A stretch of 64,000 bases of DNA from an uncultured bacterium (GCA_937903035.1 CALCZP010000004.1:84465-148464); one strand, 5' to 3'. Shown: positions 9,391 to 20,478, counted from the stretch's first letter. Made by a program: numbers and translations. Notes: generated by a model from the letters alone, not told the origin.

Positions 9391-9477
9391 AGTTGTAAGG
9401 TGCTCGGTGCGGATCGTGATCTAGGTGATGAGTTCGAATGTTTTCATCTCGGAGACCCGGTGTCCAACACCATGAGA

Positions 9478-10671
9478 TTATTTGATAACTTTGGTAACAA
9501 CTCCTGCACCAACGGTCTTGCCACCTTCACGGATAGCGAAACGCATCTGGTCTTCAAGAGCAACTGGTACAACGAGCTTCACGGTGATTTTCACTGTGTC
9601 GCCAGGCATAACCATTTCTGTTCCTGTAGGAAGTGCAACATCACCGGTAACGTCAGTTGTACGAACGTAGAACTGAGGCTTGTAACCGTTGATGAATGGG
9701 GTGTGACGACCACCTTCTTCTTTCTTGAGCACGTAGATTTCAGCTTCGAATTCGGTGTGAGGAGTTACTGAGCCAGTCTTTGCGAGCACCTGACCACGAG
9801 TAAGGTCATCCTTTTTAACACCGCGGAGGAGAATACCTGCGTTGTCGCCGGCCATACCACTATCGAGCTGTTTGTTGAACATTTCGATACCAGTAACGGT
9901 AGTCTTCATGGTGTCTTTAATACCAACGATTTCTACTTCTTCACCAACTTTCACCTGACCACGTTCGATACGACCAGTTACCACAGTACCGCGACCTTCA
10001 ATTGTGAAGATGTCTTCGATTGGCATGAGGAATGGCTTGTCGAGATCACGAACAGGAACTGGGATATAGGTGTCGAGCGCGTTTGTGAGCTCAAGCACCT
10101 TCTGTGCCCATGGATCTTCCATTGAAGTAGCTTCAAGACCCTTAAGACCTGAACCACGGATAACCGGGCAGTCACGGTCAAAGCCTTGCTTCTCAAGGAT
10201 TTCACGGATTTCTTCTTCAACGAGTTCGATCATATCTGGATCATCCACCATGTCGCACTTGTTGAGGAACACAATGATCTTTGGCACACCAACCTGCTTT
10301 GCAAGGAGGATATGCTCACGAGTCTGAGGCATCGCACCATCAGTCGCTGCAACCACAATGATTGCACCGTCCATCTGGGCAGCACCGGTAATCATGTTCT
10401 TGATGTAGTCAGCGTGACCTGGGGCATCAATGTGCGCGTAGTGACGAGTCGCTGTTTCGTACTCATTGTGCGAAATGTTGATCGTAATACCACGTGCTTT
10501 TTCTTCAGGTGCACCGTCGATTTCGCCGATACCCTTGAGCTTTACTTGGTTTCCGTTCATGTTCAAGACATGAAGGATTGCCGCGGTAAGCGTAGTCTTA
10601 CCATGGTCAACGTGACCGATAGTACCTACGTTTACGTGTGGCTTTGAACGGTTAAATGCTTCTGCAGCCAT
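9478..10671 (-). CDS. tuf: elongation factor Tu
   Basis: [46 protein letters not shown]. Confidence 0.98.
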   Translation of the reverse strand: MAAEAFNRSKPHVNVGTIGHVDHGKTTLTAAILHVLNMNGNQVKLKGIGEIDGAPEEKARGITINISHNEYETATRHYAHIDAPGHADYIKNMITGAAQMDGAIIVVAATDGAMPQTREHILLAKQVGVPKIIVFLNKCDMVDDPDMIELVEEEIREILEKQGFDRDCPVIRGSGLKGLEATSMEDPWAQKVLELTNALDTYIPVPVRDLDKPFLMPIEDIFTIEGRGTVVTGRIERGQVKVGEEVEIVGIKDTMKTTVTGIEMFNKQLDSGMAGDNAGILLRGVKKDDLTRGQVLAKTGSVTPHTEFEAEIYVLKKEEGGRHTPFINGYKPQFYVRTTDVTGDVALPTGTEMVMPGDTVKITVKLVVPVALEDQMRFAIREGGKTVGAGVVTKVIK

Positions 10672-10738
10672 AAACTTTAATTAACTAATTTTCTCTAATA
10701 AACAAACAAAAACAACGCAAAAATATGCGTAGCGATTC

Positions 10739-10767
10739 ATGATAGCCCCGAATACGGGGTATGTCAA
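10739..10767 (-). promoter_or_regulatory. sigma70-type promoter for tuf-rpsJ
   Basis: Minus strand TTGACA-17 nt-TATCAT. Confidence 0.6.
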
Positions 10768-10808
10768 ATAAAAAAGCCCCGCGTATAGCGAAGCTTTTGG
10801 TCTTTTAC

Positions 10809-11207
10809 TTAATTAATTGGATCAAACAACACCTTTTGTACTTTGATAAAAACTTCAAACATTCTTTTTGATAGTTTTCCAAATAAAATACGATCAAGAC
10901 GTGAAGGATGTAATGCGAGCTTTTCTGGAGTATTATGCTTAACAGTAAATACAGCAACCGGTTCTATGTTTTTGTAATCCTCTTGGATCTCCTTGATCGA
11001 ACCCACAATAAGCATAATGTGAAGATACTTCCCTCTGAGGTGGGTAGCTATGGTGATCAATTCTTTCTTTTCAAATTCCAGTTGTGTAAGTCTAATTTGA
11101 CCGTGATAACTGATGATTTGAGCAACATATCCACTATCAATAACTTTGTATCCAGAAGTTATCTGTGCCAATAAATTGAGCATCCATTGTTCATGTACTT
11201 TTTCCAT
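10809..11207 (-). CDS. hypothetical protein between fusA and tuf
   Basis: 132-aa AT-rich ORF flanked by hairpins at about 10770-10797 and 11256-11288. Confidence 0.6.
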   Translation of the reverse strand: MEKVHEQWMLNLLAQITSGYKVIDSGYVAQIISYHGQIRLTQLEFEKKELITIATHLRGKYLHIMLIVGSIKEIQEDYKNIEPVAVFTVKHNTPEKLALHPSRLDRILFGKLSKRMFEVFIKVQKVLFDPIN

Positions 11208-11299
11208 TGTTGTATATTTTTTCTACACATTACCACTATTCCCTATTTTGTCAAAACAAAACCACCCATATAGCATGGGTGGTTTTGAATGAGATCTAT

Positions 11300-13444
11300 T
11301 TATGCAGTGCGAGCTTTGATAATCGTATCTGCAACGTTCTGCGGCACGATATCGTAGCGAAGGAATTCCATGGTGAATCCAGCTCGTCCTTCGGTCATTG
11401 AACGGAGGTTGGTCATGTAGCCAAACATTTCCGAAAGTGGCACCACGGCGTTCACTACCTGGTTGAGTCCGCGAGTTTCCATCCCTTCAATGAGACCACG
11501 GCGTGATGAGAGTGAGCCAGTCACGTCACCCAAGAACTTGTCAGGGGTTACAACTTCGACTTTCATCATCGGCTCAAGAATCACCGGCTTTGCAGCCTTT
11601 GCAGCTTCCTGCAATGCCATTGAAGCAGCGATTTTGAAGGCCATTTCATTTGAGTCAACTTCATGGAAGCTACCATCATAGAGATCAACTGATACATTTT
11701 CCATCTTAAAGCCAGCAACAACACCACGATCAAGTCCTTCACGGATACCTTTTTCAATCGGTGCAATGTATTCGCCTGGAATCGCACCTCCTTTAATGTT
11801 ATTGATGAATTCAAAGAATCCATCACGCTTCACATTCTTTGGAAGATTATCCTTATCAACCGACATATCCATTGGCTTGATCTTGATCTTCACGTGACCA
11901 TAGTTACCCTTACCACCAGACTGTTTGATGTATTTTCCTTCAGCCTGCGCTTCAGTAGTAATAGTCTCACGGTACGCAACTTGTGGCTTACCAACATTTG
12001 CCTCAACGTTGAACTCACGCTTCATACGATCAACGATGATTTCAAGATGGAGCTCACCCATACCAGCGATCAATGTTTCTTCTGTTTCTGGATCGGTTGA
12101 TACCTTCAAAGTTGGATCTTCCTGTGCGAGACGGTTGAGGGCAAGACCCATTTTCTCCTGGTCAGCCTTGGTCTTTGGCTCGATGCGGAGGTTAATAACT
12201 GGCTCTGGGAATTTGATACGGTCAAGGAGGAGTGGGTGTGCTTCGTCACAGAGGGTATCTGAAGTATTAGTATCCTTGAGACCAACTGCAGCGGCGATTT
12301 CACCAGCAAAGACTTTCTTTACTTCTTCACGCTGATCAGCCTGCATACGAACAATACGACTCATACGCTCTTTGTTGCCAGTACGAGGGTTATAGATGTA
12401 TGACCCAGCCTCAAGCGTACCTGAGTACACACGGAAGAAGACAAGCTGTCCAACGAATGGATCACTCATGCTCTTGAAGGCAAGCGCAGCAAATGGAGCC
12501 TTGTCGTCAGCACGGCACTCGATCTCTTCTTCGGTATCAGGATCAGTTGCACGAGCAGGTTTGATATCGGTTGGCGCAGGAAGGTAGTCAACTACAGCAT
12601 CAAGCACGAGCTGTACACCTTTGTTTTTAAGGGCAGAACCAGCAAACACCGGGAAGATTTCATTCGCAATCACCGCTTTTCGAAGCATCTTTTTAAGATC
12701 TTCGAGTGCAGGTACGGTACCTTCGAGGTATGCATTCATCATCGCTTCGTCGTTTTCAACGATGCGCTCGATGAGCTCTGCACGGTATTTCTCCGCGTCA
12801 GCCTTCATGTTTTCAGGAATATCTTTTTCAACAACCTTATTACCCATGTCACCTTCGAAGTAATAGGCCTTCATCGTGAGGAGATCAACGACACCTTCGT
12901 GGTTTTCTTCAAGACCGATTGGGAGTTGGGCGCGAACGGCTTTCTTGGAAAGACGGTCGAGGATCGTCTTGTATGAGTGCTCAAAAGAAGCACCAGTACG
13001 ATCGAGTTTGTTTACAAAACAGATACGGGGAACACTTGCCTCGTCCGCATAGCGCCAGTTAGTTTCAGATTGCGGCTCTACGCCTGCGACACCGTCAAAC
13101 ACCACCACCGCACCATCGAGCACGCGAAGTGACCGCTTCACCTCAACGGTAAAGTCGATGTGACCTGGAGTGTCGATAATGTTAAAGCGAAAACGCTTGT
13201 TTTTGTCAGTACCAGCGTATGTTGGGATCCATGAACATGAAACTGCAGCAGCAGTAATGGTGATACCACGCTCTCGCTCCTGCTCCATCCAGTCGGTAGT
13301 GGTCTCACCTTCGTGTACCTCACCGATCTTGTGACTCATACCAGTGTAGAAGAGTACACGCTCTGAAGTCGTAGTCTTGCCGGCATCAATGTGAGCAATG
13401 ATACCGAAGTTTCGTGTTTTTTCTAATGAGAATTCTCGTTCCAT
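11300..13444 (-). CDS. fusA: elongation factor G
   Basis: AHIDAGKTT, EQERERGITI, DTPGHIDF, NKLD, GMGELHLEI, PQVAYRETI. Confidence 0.98.
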   Translation of the reverse strand: MEREFSLEKTRNFGIIAHIDAGKTTTSERVLFYTGMSHKIGEVHEGETTTDWMEQERERGITITAAAVSCSWIPTYAGTDKNKRFRFNIIDTPGHIDFTVEVKRSLRVLDGAVVVFDGVAGVEPQSETNWRYADEASVPRICFVNKLDRTGASFEHSYKTILDRLSKKAVRAQLPIGLEENHEGVVDLLTMKAYYFEGDMGNKVVEKDIPENMKADAEKYRAELIERIVENDEAMMNAYLEGTVPALEDLKKMLRKAVIANEIFPVFAGSALKNKGVQLVLDAVVDYLPAPTDIKPARATDPDTEEEIECRADDKAPFAALAFKSMSDPFVGQLVFFRVYSGTLEAGSYIYNPRTGNKERMSRIVRMQADQREEVKKVFAGEIAAAVGLKDTNTSDTLCDEAHPLLLDRIKFPEPVINLRIEPKTKADQEKMGLALNRLAQEDPTLKVSTDPETEETLIAGMGELHLEIIVDRMKREFNVEANVGKPQVAYRETITTEAQAEGKYIKQSGGKGNYGHVKIKIKPMDMSVDKDNLPKNVKRDGFFEFINNIKGGAIPGEYIAPIEKGIREGLDRGVVAGFKMENVSVDLYDGSFHEVDSNEMAFKIAASMALQEAAKAAKPVILEPMMKVEVVTPDKFLGDVTGSLSSRRGLIEGMETRGLNQVVNAVVPLSEMFGYMTNLRSMTEGRAGFTMEFLRYDIVPQNVADTIIKARTA

Positions 13445-13595
13445 ATATATGTTTTGGGTGTTGTGTGATCTGTCTTGTAAATGGGGAATAAAAAAAGCGC
13501 CCGTACGCTTGCAAAACTATACTGTATATGTACCTTTTTCGCAATAAACTATTGTCTCTTGGTTTCCACCATGCTATGATACACACGTTTCACCT

Positions 13596-13814
13596 ATGGC
13601 AAACATTCTGCACAGCATTCAGGTTATCTCGGCAATCGCACTCATCGCGCTTGTACTGCTTCAACGCAGTCAAGGCGATATGGCGAGCTCTATCGGAGGC
13701 ACCAACGCTTCATTCCTTCAGACACGCCGCGGCGCCGAGCGTTTTTTGTTCACCTTTACAGTCGTTATTGCGATTGTATTTGTCGCAACCAGTCTTGCAG
13801 TAATCGTTCTCTAA
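13596..13814 (+). CDS. secG: preprotein translocase subunit SecG
   Basis: Two TM segments, VLLQ...G, RRGAERFL pattern; 72 aa. Confidence 0.85.
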   Translation: MANILHSIQVISAIALIALVLLQRSQGDMASSIGGTNASFLQTRRGAERFLFTFTVVIAIVFVATSLAVIVL

Positions 13815-13840
13815 ATCCATCCTGGTGAGGCTCGTCATTC

Positions 13841-15379
13841 ATGGCGTCCTTTTCCTCATTCATCAAAACAAATAAATACCCGTCTCGTGACACCTTTATT
13901 AAACTCTTTGAGGGACCATTTTCTTGGTATACAGCTACACTTTCAGTTCTAATAGCAGTTACTATTGGATCAGCATATCTTCTACTTATCAACCTCAACG
14001 ACAAGCTACTTGTGACAGTCCCCGCCCGTGGTGGAAGTCTCACTGAAGGAGTGATTGGCGCACCTCATTTCATCAACCCAGTTCTTGCTGCAACACAAAC
14101 CGACGTCGGACTCACTCGTCTAGTTTACGCAGGACTTACCAAACATACTGATGACGGGACGATGGTTCCTGATATGGCAGAAGGCTATACAATCTCACCT
14201 GATGGCAAAAACTACGAAGTACGCCTCAAAAAGACCATTTATTTTCATAACAAAACAGCAATGACTGCGAGCGATGTTCTCTACACCTATGAAATGCTCA
14301 AAGATGAGACCCTTGATGTAAGTAATGCAACGTACTGGCAAAGTATTCAAATCGAAGAAATAGACCCGTACACAGTCCTTTTTCGCCTACCACAAGCAGA
14401 CCCTACATTTTTGTCAAAACTCACGATCGGCATACTGCCAAAGGCAGTATGGGAACCAATTGCTCCAGCAGATTTCCGAACAGCAGCAGCAAACCTTGCA
14501 CCAGTTGGTACAGGTGCATTCATGGTTGATGCTATTTCATACGAAAACAATATCCCTACAGAAATTATCCTCAAAGACAATCCGCATGTTGAAGAAAAAC
14601 CATATCTTGATGAGCTCCATATTGCTTTTTTTGCAAACCAGGAAGATCTCGCTCAAGCATTCAATGATGGTAGTATTGACTTCACGGCATCACTCCTTCC
14701 TGCTTATATAGAAAAAATTTCAGATACAAATCTGAGCACAAAACGTATCGAGACAACAACCACTATTGCACTCTTGCGTACCAGAAGCGAACCAAATCTT
14801 GATAATGCAAGCGTTGTTGGGATTCTTAATCATTTTATTGACAAAAATGATATAATTGCTACAGTTGAACACGGTTATGGAACAGCACTCAACGTTCCCC
14901 AGGGAGGACTTCCTCTATCGTCTGATGACGCTCTATCGCAACTAAAACCGCTTGGATATGTTCTCGAAAACGGGATTTTGAAAAAAAGAGGAGTACCTGT
15001 ACGACTCACGATTGCAATAGAAAACAGCGAATCAATGCTTGAGACCGCACACTTGTTGCAGCGAACACTCGGTACTATCGGTATCGGTGTATCGATTCAA
15101 GCATTCGATCAAGGCGCATTTCAGACAGGAGTACGGTCTGGTGAATACCAACTAATTATTACGAACTCATCAGATACAATAACTCCTCCAGGATACCAGT
15201 CAGTAATCCAACTCTATACCAAAACACTACCTTATGTTCTCAATGCTCGAGCAATCGGCATTGCGGAAACCATACCAATAGCTGCCGCAGAACGATACGA
15301 CCATAGCACAAAGTGGTACGTCTACACCGAGAAACTATGGACATGGTTCGCACCAAAAGAAACATCAAAAGAAAAATAA
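13841..15379 (+). CDS. ABC transporter substrate-binding protein, family 5 (OppA/DppA-like), N-terminal TM anchor
   Basis: GGSLTEG, INP, LVYAGL, PDMAE, FHNK..MTASDVLYTY, PVGTGAF. Confidence 0.85.
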   Translation: MASFSSFIKTNKYPSRDTFIKLFEGPFSWYTATLSVLIAVTIGSAYLLLINLNDKLLVTVPARGGSLTEGVIGAPHFINPVLAATQTDVGLTRLVYAGLTKHTDDGTMVPDMAEGYTISPDGKNYEVRLKKTIYFHNKTAMTASDVLYTYEMLKDETLDVSNATYWQSIQIEEIDPYTVLFRLPQADPTFLSKLTIGILPKAVWEPIAPADFRTAAANLAPVGTGAFMVDAISYENNIPTEIILKDNPHVEEKPYLDELHIAFFANQEDLAQAFNDGSIDFTASLLPAYIEKISDTNLSTKRIETTTTIALLRTRSEPNLDNASVVGILNHFIDKNDIIATVEHGYGTALNVPQGGLPLSSDDALSQLKPLGYVLENGILKKRGVPVRLTIAIENSESMLETAHLLQRTLGTIGIGVSIQAFDQGAFQTGVRSGEYQLIITNSSDTITPPGYQSVIQLYTKTLPYVLNARAIGIAETIPIAAAERYDHSTKWYVYTEKLWTWFAPKETSKEK

Positions 15380-15392
15380 TAATTTACATACT

Positions 15393-17324
15393 ATGGAACC
15401 AAACACAACAAACAACAATCCTCGTCCGCAGCACACACAACACCAGCAGCGTCCTCGTCCGAACAATCAGCAAAACCCTCAACACCCTGCACAACCTGGC
15501 GGCAAAAAGCCATTTGGCAAGCGTGGCAACTTTGGTGGTGGCAATCGTCGTCCGCAGCGCGCACCTCGTCGTCCAGCATGGCCAACAGCTGACGGTGTAG
15601 TTGAAACCGAGCGCAAGACCGCACATATTCCAAACATCGAAGCGGGTGTTGTTCGCATCATCCCACTCGGCGGCGTAGAAGAAATCGGTAAGAACATGAC
15701 CGCAATCGAAATCGGTGATGATATTATCGTTATTGATGCGGGTATGTTCTTCTCAAATGAGAACACTCCTGGTATCGACTACGTCATCCCGAACACTCGC
15801 TACCTCGAAGAGCGCAAGGACAAGATCCGTGCCCTCATCGTGACGCATGGTCACCTGGACCACATTGGTGGTGTACCACTCGTACTCTCACGTATTGGCA
15901 ATCCACCAGTCTACTCTCGAAACCTCACCGTTCTGATGCTTCAGAAACGTCAGAGTGAGTTCCCACATCTTCCACCACTGAACGCTATTGTTGTTGAAAA
16001 TAACGAGGCGATCACCATGGGTAACATTAAGGTCAGATTTTGGGGTGTAACCCATACGATTCCGGACTCAATGGGTATTATCATCGAAACACCGCACGGT
16101 GCAATCGTAAACCCTGGTGACTACAAGCTCGATCAGATTGATGGCGTCGTCAGTGAAGCCGAAGAAAAAGCATACAAGGTCTTTGATGGGATGAAGACAC
16201 TCCTTTTGATGACCGACTCAACCAACATTGAGAACGAAGGCTTTGCACTTCCTGAATCAAAAGTACACCAAGGCCTCGAGAACATTTTGCGTCGCGAGAA
16301 GAACAGTCGTATCTTTATGGCTGCATTTGCCTCTCATATCACTCGCCTCATCAAAGTCGTACAGATTGCGGAGGAAATGGGTAAAAAGATTGTACTTGAA
16401 GGCCGCTCAATGAAGACAAATATCGAGATTGCGATCCAAGCAGGACTGCTCAAGCCAAAACCTGGCACACTCATCTCTGTCGAAGAGATCGACAAATTCC
16501 CGCCTGACCGCCTTTTGATTCTCATCACCGGTGCGCAAGGTGAAGAATTTGGCGGACTCAACCGTCTCGCACAAAAGACGAACAAGAAGCTCGCACTTCA
16601 CAAGCACGACACCGTGATCCTCTCAGCATCGGTAGTACCAGGTAATGAACGCCAAGTACAGGCAATGAAAGACGGTCTTGCACGACAAGGTGTCAAAATA
16701 ATTTCATACCGTACTCCGGGTGAAGATTATGTACATGCAACCGGTCACGGCAACAAAGAGGATATTAAATGGCTTCACAACAAAGTGAATGAGAAGTTCT
16801 TTATCCCGATTCATGGCCACCACTACCACCTCCAGCTTCACAAGATCCTTGCGATGTCAGTTGGTATTCCAGAGCAGAACATTGTTGTACCTGACAACGG
16901 ATCTATTATTGAGATCTCTGCTGACGGTGAAAAAATCTCTGTTCGCAAAGAAAAAGCTCCTGCAAGCCCAATGATGGTTGATGGATTCTCGATCGGAGAC
17001 GAACAAAACGTTGTCATTCGCGATCGCCAACTCCTTGCCGAAGACGGTATGTTCGTTGTGGTTGCAGTACTTGATGCACGCAGTGGTGCACTCAAGAAAT
17101 CTCCTGACATTATTTCTCGTGGATTCGTTTATCTTAAGGAGAACCAAGAGCTTTTGCGCCAAGCACGCATGCTCGTCAAAAAGACCGTTGAATCAGCACC
17201 AAAAGGAAGTGATCAAAACAACTATGAAAATCTCAAAAATGTTGTTGCTGAAACCCTCGGCAAATACCTCTTCCAGAAAACCGCAAAGCGCCCACTCGTC
17301 ATTCCGGTCATTCTCAGCGTATAA
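15393..17324 (+). CDS. rnj: ribonuclease J with Q/N/P/R-rich N-terminal extension
   Basis: PLGGVEEIGKNM, THGHLDHIGG, HTIPD, DSTN, HATGH, IPIHG, PDIISRGF. Confidence 0.95.
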   Translation: MEPNTTNNNPRPQHTQHQQRPRPNNQQNPQHPAQPGGKKPFGKRGNFGGGNRRPQRAPRRPAWPTADGVVETERKTAHIPNIEAGVVRIIPLGGVEEIGKNMTAIEIGDDIIVIDAGMFFSNENTPGIDYVIPNTRYLEERKDKIRALIVTHGHLDHIGGVPLVLSRIGNPPVYSRNLTVLMLQKRQSEFPHLPPLNAIVVENNEAITMGNIKVRFWGVTHTIPDSMGIIIETPHGAIVNPGDYKLDQIDGVVSEAEEKAYKVFDGMKTLLLMTDSTNIENEGFALPESKVHQGLENILRREKNSRIFMAAFASHITRLIKVVQIAEEMGKKIVLEGRSMKTNIEIAIQAGLLKPKPGTLISVEEIDKFPPDRLLILITGAQGEEFGGLNRLAQKTNKKLALHKHDTVILSASVVPGNERQVQAMKDGLARQGVKIISYRTPGEDYVHATGHGNKEDIKWLHNKVNEKFFIPIHGHHYHLQLHKILAMSVGIPEQNIVVPDNGSIIEISADGEKISVRKEKAPASPMMVDGFSIGDEQNVVIRDRQLLAEDGMFVVVAVLDARSGALKKSPDIISRGFVYLKENQELLRQARMLVKKTVESAPKGSDQNNYENLKNVVAETLGKYLFQKTAKRPLVIPVILSV

Positions 17325-17332
17325 TAGGGTCA

Positions 17333-18490
17333 ATGACTCCACATCGAACGATCTTTCTTGCAACGTTTTTCTTTTCGCTGCATCTCGCACTTGTCTCATA
17401 TATAAACTCAAGCGCCCTTGCGACCTTCATATCGGGAGGTGCTATTAGTGCATGTTTTGCAATTGCATCATTACTCTCACTGTCTCTTGTGGAATATGCG
17501 CCACATATCTTGCGAAAAGTAGGACTCAGACGGTTTGCCGGCGCATCACTCATGCTGTCATCATGTGCACTGTTGGTACTTGGGTTTGCAACACATAAAC
17601 TCATCTTCGTACCATTGTTTATTCTCTATTTCACTTTAAACACGAGTATCATTTATGCATTTGATATCTTTATAGAGCATTATTCAAAAAAAGGCGCAAT
17701 TGCAACGGAGCGGGGACTCTATCTCACACTCAACAATGCGGCATGGGTAGTTGCACTTGCAACTGTCACAATCATCTCAACAAACTTTGGCTTTGATAGT
17801 GTCTACCTCCTTGCGGCCCTTGCAATGCTTCCAGCTGTCTTTCTCGTCACCTGGGGGCAAAAAGAATTCGTCGACAAAGCCTACACGATCATTCCGTTTA
17901 GAACAGGACTAAAAACAGTATGGGCACGACCACACATCAGACGTGCAATTGGACTTAATTTCATCATGCAATTTTTCTTTGCCTGGATGGTCATCTATGC
18001 ACCACTGTATCTCACTGAGTACATCGGCCTTTCGTGGAAAACAACAGCAACCATGTTCACCTGTATGCTTGTTCCATTTGTATTACTTCAGTATCCTGCA
18101 GGTAAAATTGCGGATCGAATTAGACATGGCGAACGAACACTACTCATCTTTGCCACCATGATTGGGGGTTGTGCAACCATTATTTTTGCAACACTTGGTA
18201 AAGCACCTGCCCTTTACCTTGGGATAGCACTGGTGTGCACCCGTGTTGGCGCAAGTATTATGGAAGTCATCTGTGATAGCTATTTTTTCAAACAAGTTAC
18301 CGAAGATGATGCGGAGAGTGTAAGCTTTTATCGGACAATGACACCACTTGCGTATCTTATCGCCCCACTTCTCGGTGTGATTACCCTTTCATTCACTACC
18401 CTGCAAGGACTCTTTATGATACTCGGCACCATCATGCTTTGTGGCACAATTCTCTCTATCAGACTCGATACTACGCCTTCGCAAGGGTAA
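17333..18490 (+). CDS. MFS transporter
   Basis: About 12 hydrophobic segments; GKIADR loop motif. Confidence 0.8.
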   Translation: MTPHRTIFLATFFFSLHLALVSYINSSALATFISGGAISACFAIASLLSLSLVEYAPHILRKVGLRRFAGASLMLSSCALLVLGFATHKLIFVPLFILYFTLNTSIIYAFDIFIEHYSKKGAIATERGLYLTLNNAAWVVALATVTIISTNFGFDSVYLLAALAMLPAVFLVTWGQKEFVDKAYTIIPFRTGLKTVWARPHIRRAIGLNFIMQFFFAWMVIYAPLYLTEYIGLSWKTTATMFTCMLVPFVLLQYPAGKIADRIRHGERTLLIFATMIGGCATIIFATLGKAPALYLGIALVCTRVGASIMEVICDSYFFKQVTEDDAESVSFYRTMTPLAYLIAPLLGVITLSFTTLQGLFMILGTIMLCGTILSIRLDTTPSQG

Positions 18491-19664
18491 TTTTCACCGT
18501 TCGGAGTACTCCTTGATGGAGGACTTCAAGTGATATAGTTGATCCAACTGCTTTGGTTCGAACAATACTTGCAAAGTCATGTTTCTCATCAAGGAGTATA
18601 CCGTTCACCGATATAATAACATCGCCTTCTACAATACCTGCATTTGCTGCAGGTGAACCCGGCTGAACAGCAGGACTTCCATCAGGACCAGGTATCACTG
18701 CGACACCTGCTGTTGCTGTAATACTATACGCGCGCTTGATAGCAAGATTCAACGGCTGGTAGCGGATGCCGACAAACGGACGGACGATACTTCCTGTTTT
18801 TTTAATCGATGCGACAACTTCATTTGCACTTTTTGCAGGAACAGCAAAGCCAATTGATTGTGATCCTGATGCCATTGCAACATTCACACCAATAACTTCA
18901 CCTCGAAGATTTAATAGCGGCCCACCGGAGTTCCCCGGGTTAATGGCTGCATCAGTCTGAATCACCTTATCGAGAAATTCAACACTACCACCCCCACTTG
19001 CAGTGATTGAACGTGAAAGCCCAGATATAACACCAACTGAAATCGAGTTTTTAAATTCACCAAGCGCAAAACCAATCGCCACAACACTTTGTCCAAGATC
19101 AAGTTTCTCAGAGTCGCCAAATGGCAGCGCGACGAATCCTGAACCCTGCACCTTGAGCACTGCCAAGTCGTACACCGGATCACGATCAACAATAGTTGCT
19201 GGGTATCGTTTCCCATCCGTAGTAATAGCAACAAATGTCGCATTTGCACGATCAACAACATGGCGATTTGTCATAATAAGCCCATTTGATGATACAAAAA
19301 ATCCACTTCCTCCACCGGAGATGCGAGTCTTTTCACCAAGAAGCGCAGCAAGTCCCGTAGCGGGTACTGATACTTCAATAGAGACAACGCTCTCATTTAC
19401 TTTTGCAACAACTTCGGTCACGGTGAGGTCTTTTGGACCCTCAGGAACTACTGGCAACTCTTCAACAGTAGGAGCTATCACTTGATCAGCAATACTAGAC
19501 GTAGATATCGGAATATTCGAAAGGATGATTGCAACGATACGTGCCCGATAGTGCCAAACAGCTGCGCCCGCAATGGTAATCACCATTAGTGATGAGAACA
19601 TGCTAACACCAACTACTTTGAGCCAGTGTTTCATCTTTTTGTGCCGTTTCCAAAATTCTTTCAT
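18471..19664 (-). CDS. HtrA/DegP-like serine protease with PDZ domain and N-terminal TM (start at MKEFW)
   Basis: GSGF, TNRHVV, DLAVLK, IQTDAAINPGNSGGPL, SPAANAGI. Confidence 0.93.
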   Translation of the reverse strand: MKEFWKRHKKMKHWLKVVGVSMFSSLMVITIAGAAVWHYRARIVAIILSNIPISTSSIADQVIAPTVEELPVVPEGPKDLTVTEVVAKVNESVVSIEVSVPATGLAALLGEKTRISGGGSGFFVSSNGLIMTNRHVVDRANATFVAITTDGKRYPATIVDRDPVYDLAVLKVQGSGFVALPFGDSEKLDLGQSVVAIGFALGEFKNSISVGVISGLSRSITASGGGSVEFLDKVIQTDAAINPGNSGGPLLNLRGEVIGVNVAMASGSQSIGFAVPAKSANEVVASIKKTGSIVRPFVGIRYQPLNLAIKRAYSITATAGVAVIPGPDGSPAVQPGSPAANAGIVEGDVIISVNGILLDEKHDFASIVRTKAVGSTISLEVLHQGVLRTVKITLAKA

Positions 19665-19671
19665 GGGTAGA

Positions 19672-20478
19672 TTATAACAAATACCTCCCTTTTTCTTTTT
19701 GTATAAAATCTTCTTGTAGCAAATCTTCAAGTACTGATTCGATGGAATCTTTTTCTTTTTCCAAGATATTCACAAGCTGCACAACTGTCTTTGGGCCACT
19801 AATCAAAGCCTTCATAATACCTCCGCGAATCTGACGTCGAGATCCCTCAAATTTTGACTGCTTGATATACTGCTTGCTCTTGCGATGAACCTTACTACCC
19901 GTACTTTTGAGATAACTGCCGTAGTCCATAAGTGCCCAGTACCACGCTCGGGGATTTATCTTATCAACAGTTGCCTCAATACTAGGCATAAGCTCGGCAT
20001 CTGACACTGTTTCTCGAGTAGGAAAAAAATGGTGAATATACACCGTCCGAATATTAGTCTCAATTAACGCATCAGGTATATTATATGCAAATGCGGCGAC
20101 TGCGCGTGCAGTATACGGACCGATACCGGGAAGCGCGAGTAATCCCTCGATAGTTGTTGGAAATTTTCCTTTATGTTCACTGGTCACTACCTGTGCCATA
20201 TGGTGCAAAAATTTAGCACGGCGATTGTAGCCAAGTCCGCTCCATTCAATCAGTACATCACCAAGCGGCGCAGATGCGAGCTTTTGCACGGTTGGAAAAC
20301 GCTTCAAAAAAGACGTATACTTTTCAATCACGCGAGGCACTTGTGTCTGCTGGAGCATGATTTCTGAGACTACAATCCTGTATGGATCAGTCGTTTGACG
20401 CCATGGCAAGTCATGTCTTCCATATGACCTAAAGTAGGTGTATACGTCTTTAACGAATCTTTTTTGAGCGGCGTCCAT
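19672..20478 (-). CDS. mutY: A/G-specific adenine glycosylase (MutY-like HhH-GPD), lacking Fe-S cysteines
   Basis: LPWR, VSEIMLQQTQV, WSGLGYNRRA, LPGIGPYTA, ALMDYGS. Confidence 0.85.
   Translation of the reverse strand: MDAAQKRFVKDVYTYFRSYGRHDLPWRQTTDPYRIVVSEIMLQQTQVPRVIEKYTSFLKRFPTVQKLASAPLGDVLIEWSGLGYNRRAKFLHHMAQVVTSEHKGKFPTTIEGLLALPGIGPYTARAVAAFAYNIPDALIETNIRTVYIHHFFPTRETVSDAELMPSIEATVDKINPRAWYWALMDYGSYLKSTGSKVHRKSKQYIKQSKFEGSRRQIRGGIMKALISGPKTVVQLVNILEKEKDSIESVLEDLLQEDFIQKEKGRYLL

Noticed and set aside
9391-9477. Ribosomal-protein leader RNA between tuf and rpsJ (and a similar one at 8560-8625)
   Set aside because: Some pairing is visible but the stems are short and imperfect; cannot be supported without covariation
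15393-15620. Low-complexity N-terminus of RNase J as a separate element or repeat
   Set aside because: In frame with rnj and has no DNA-level periodicity; disordered extensions on RNase J are not unusual
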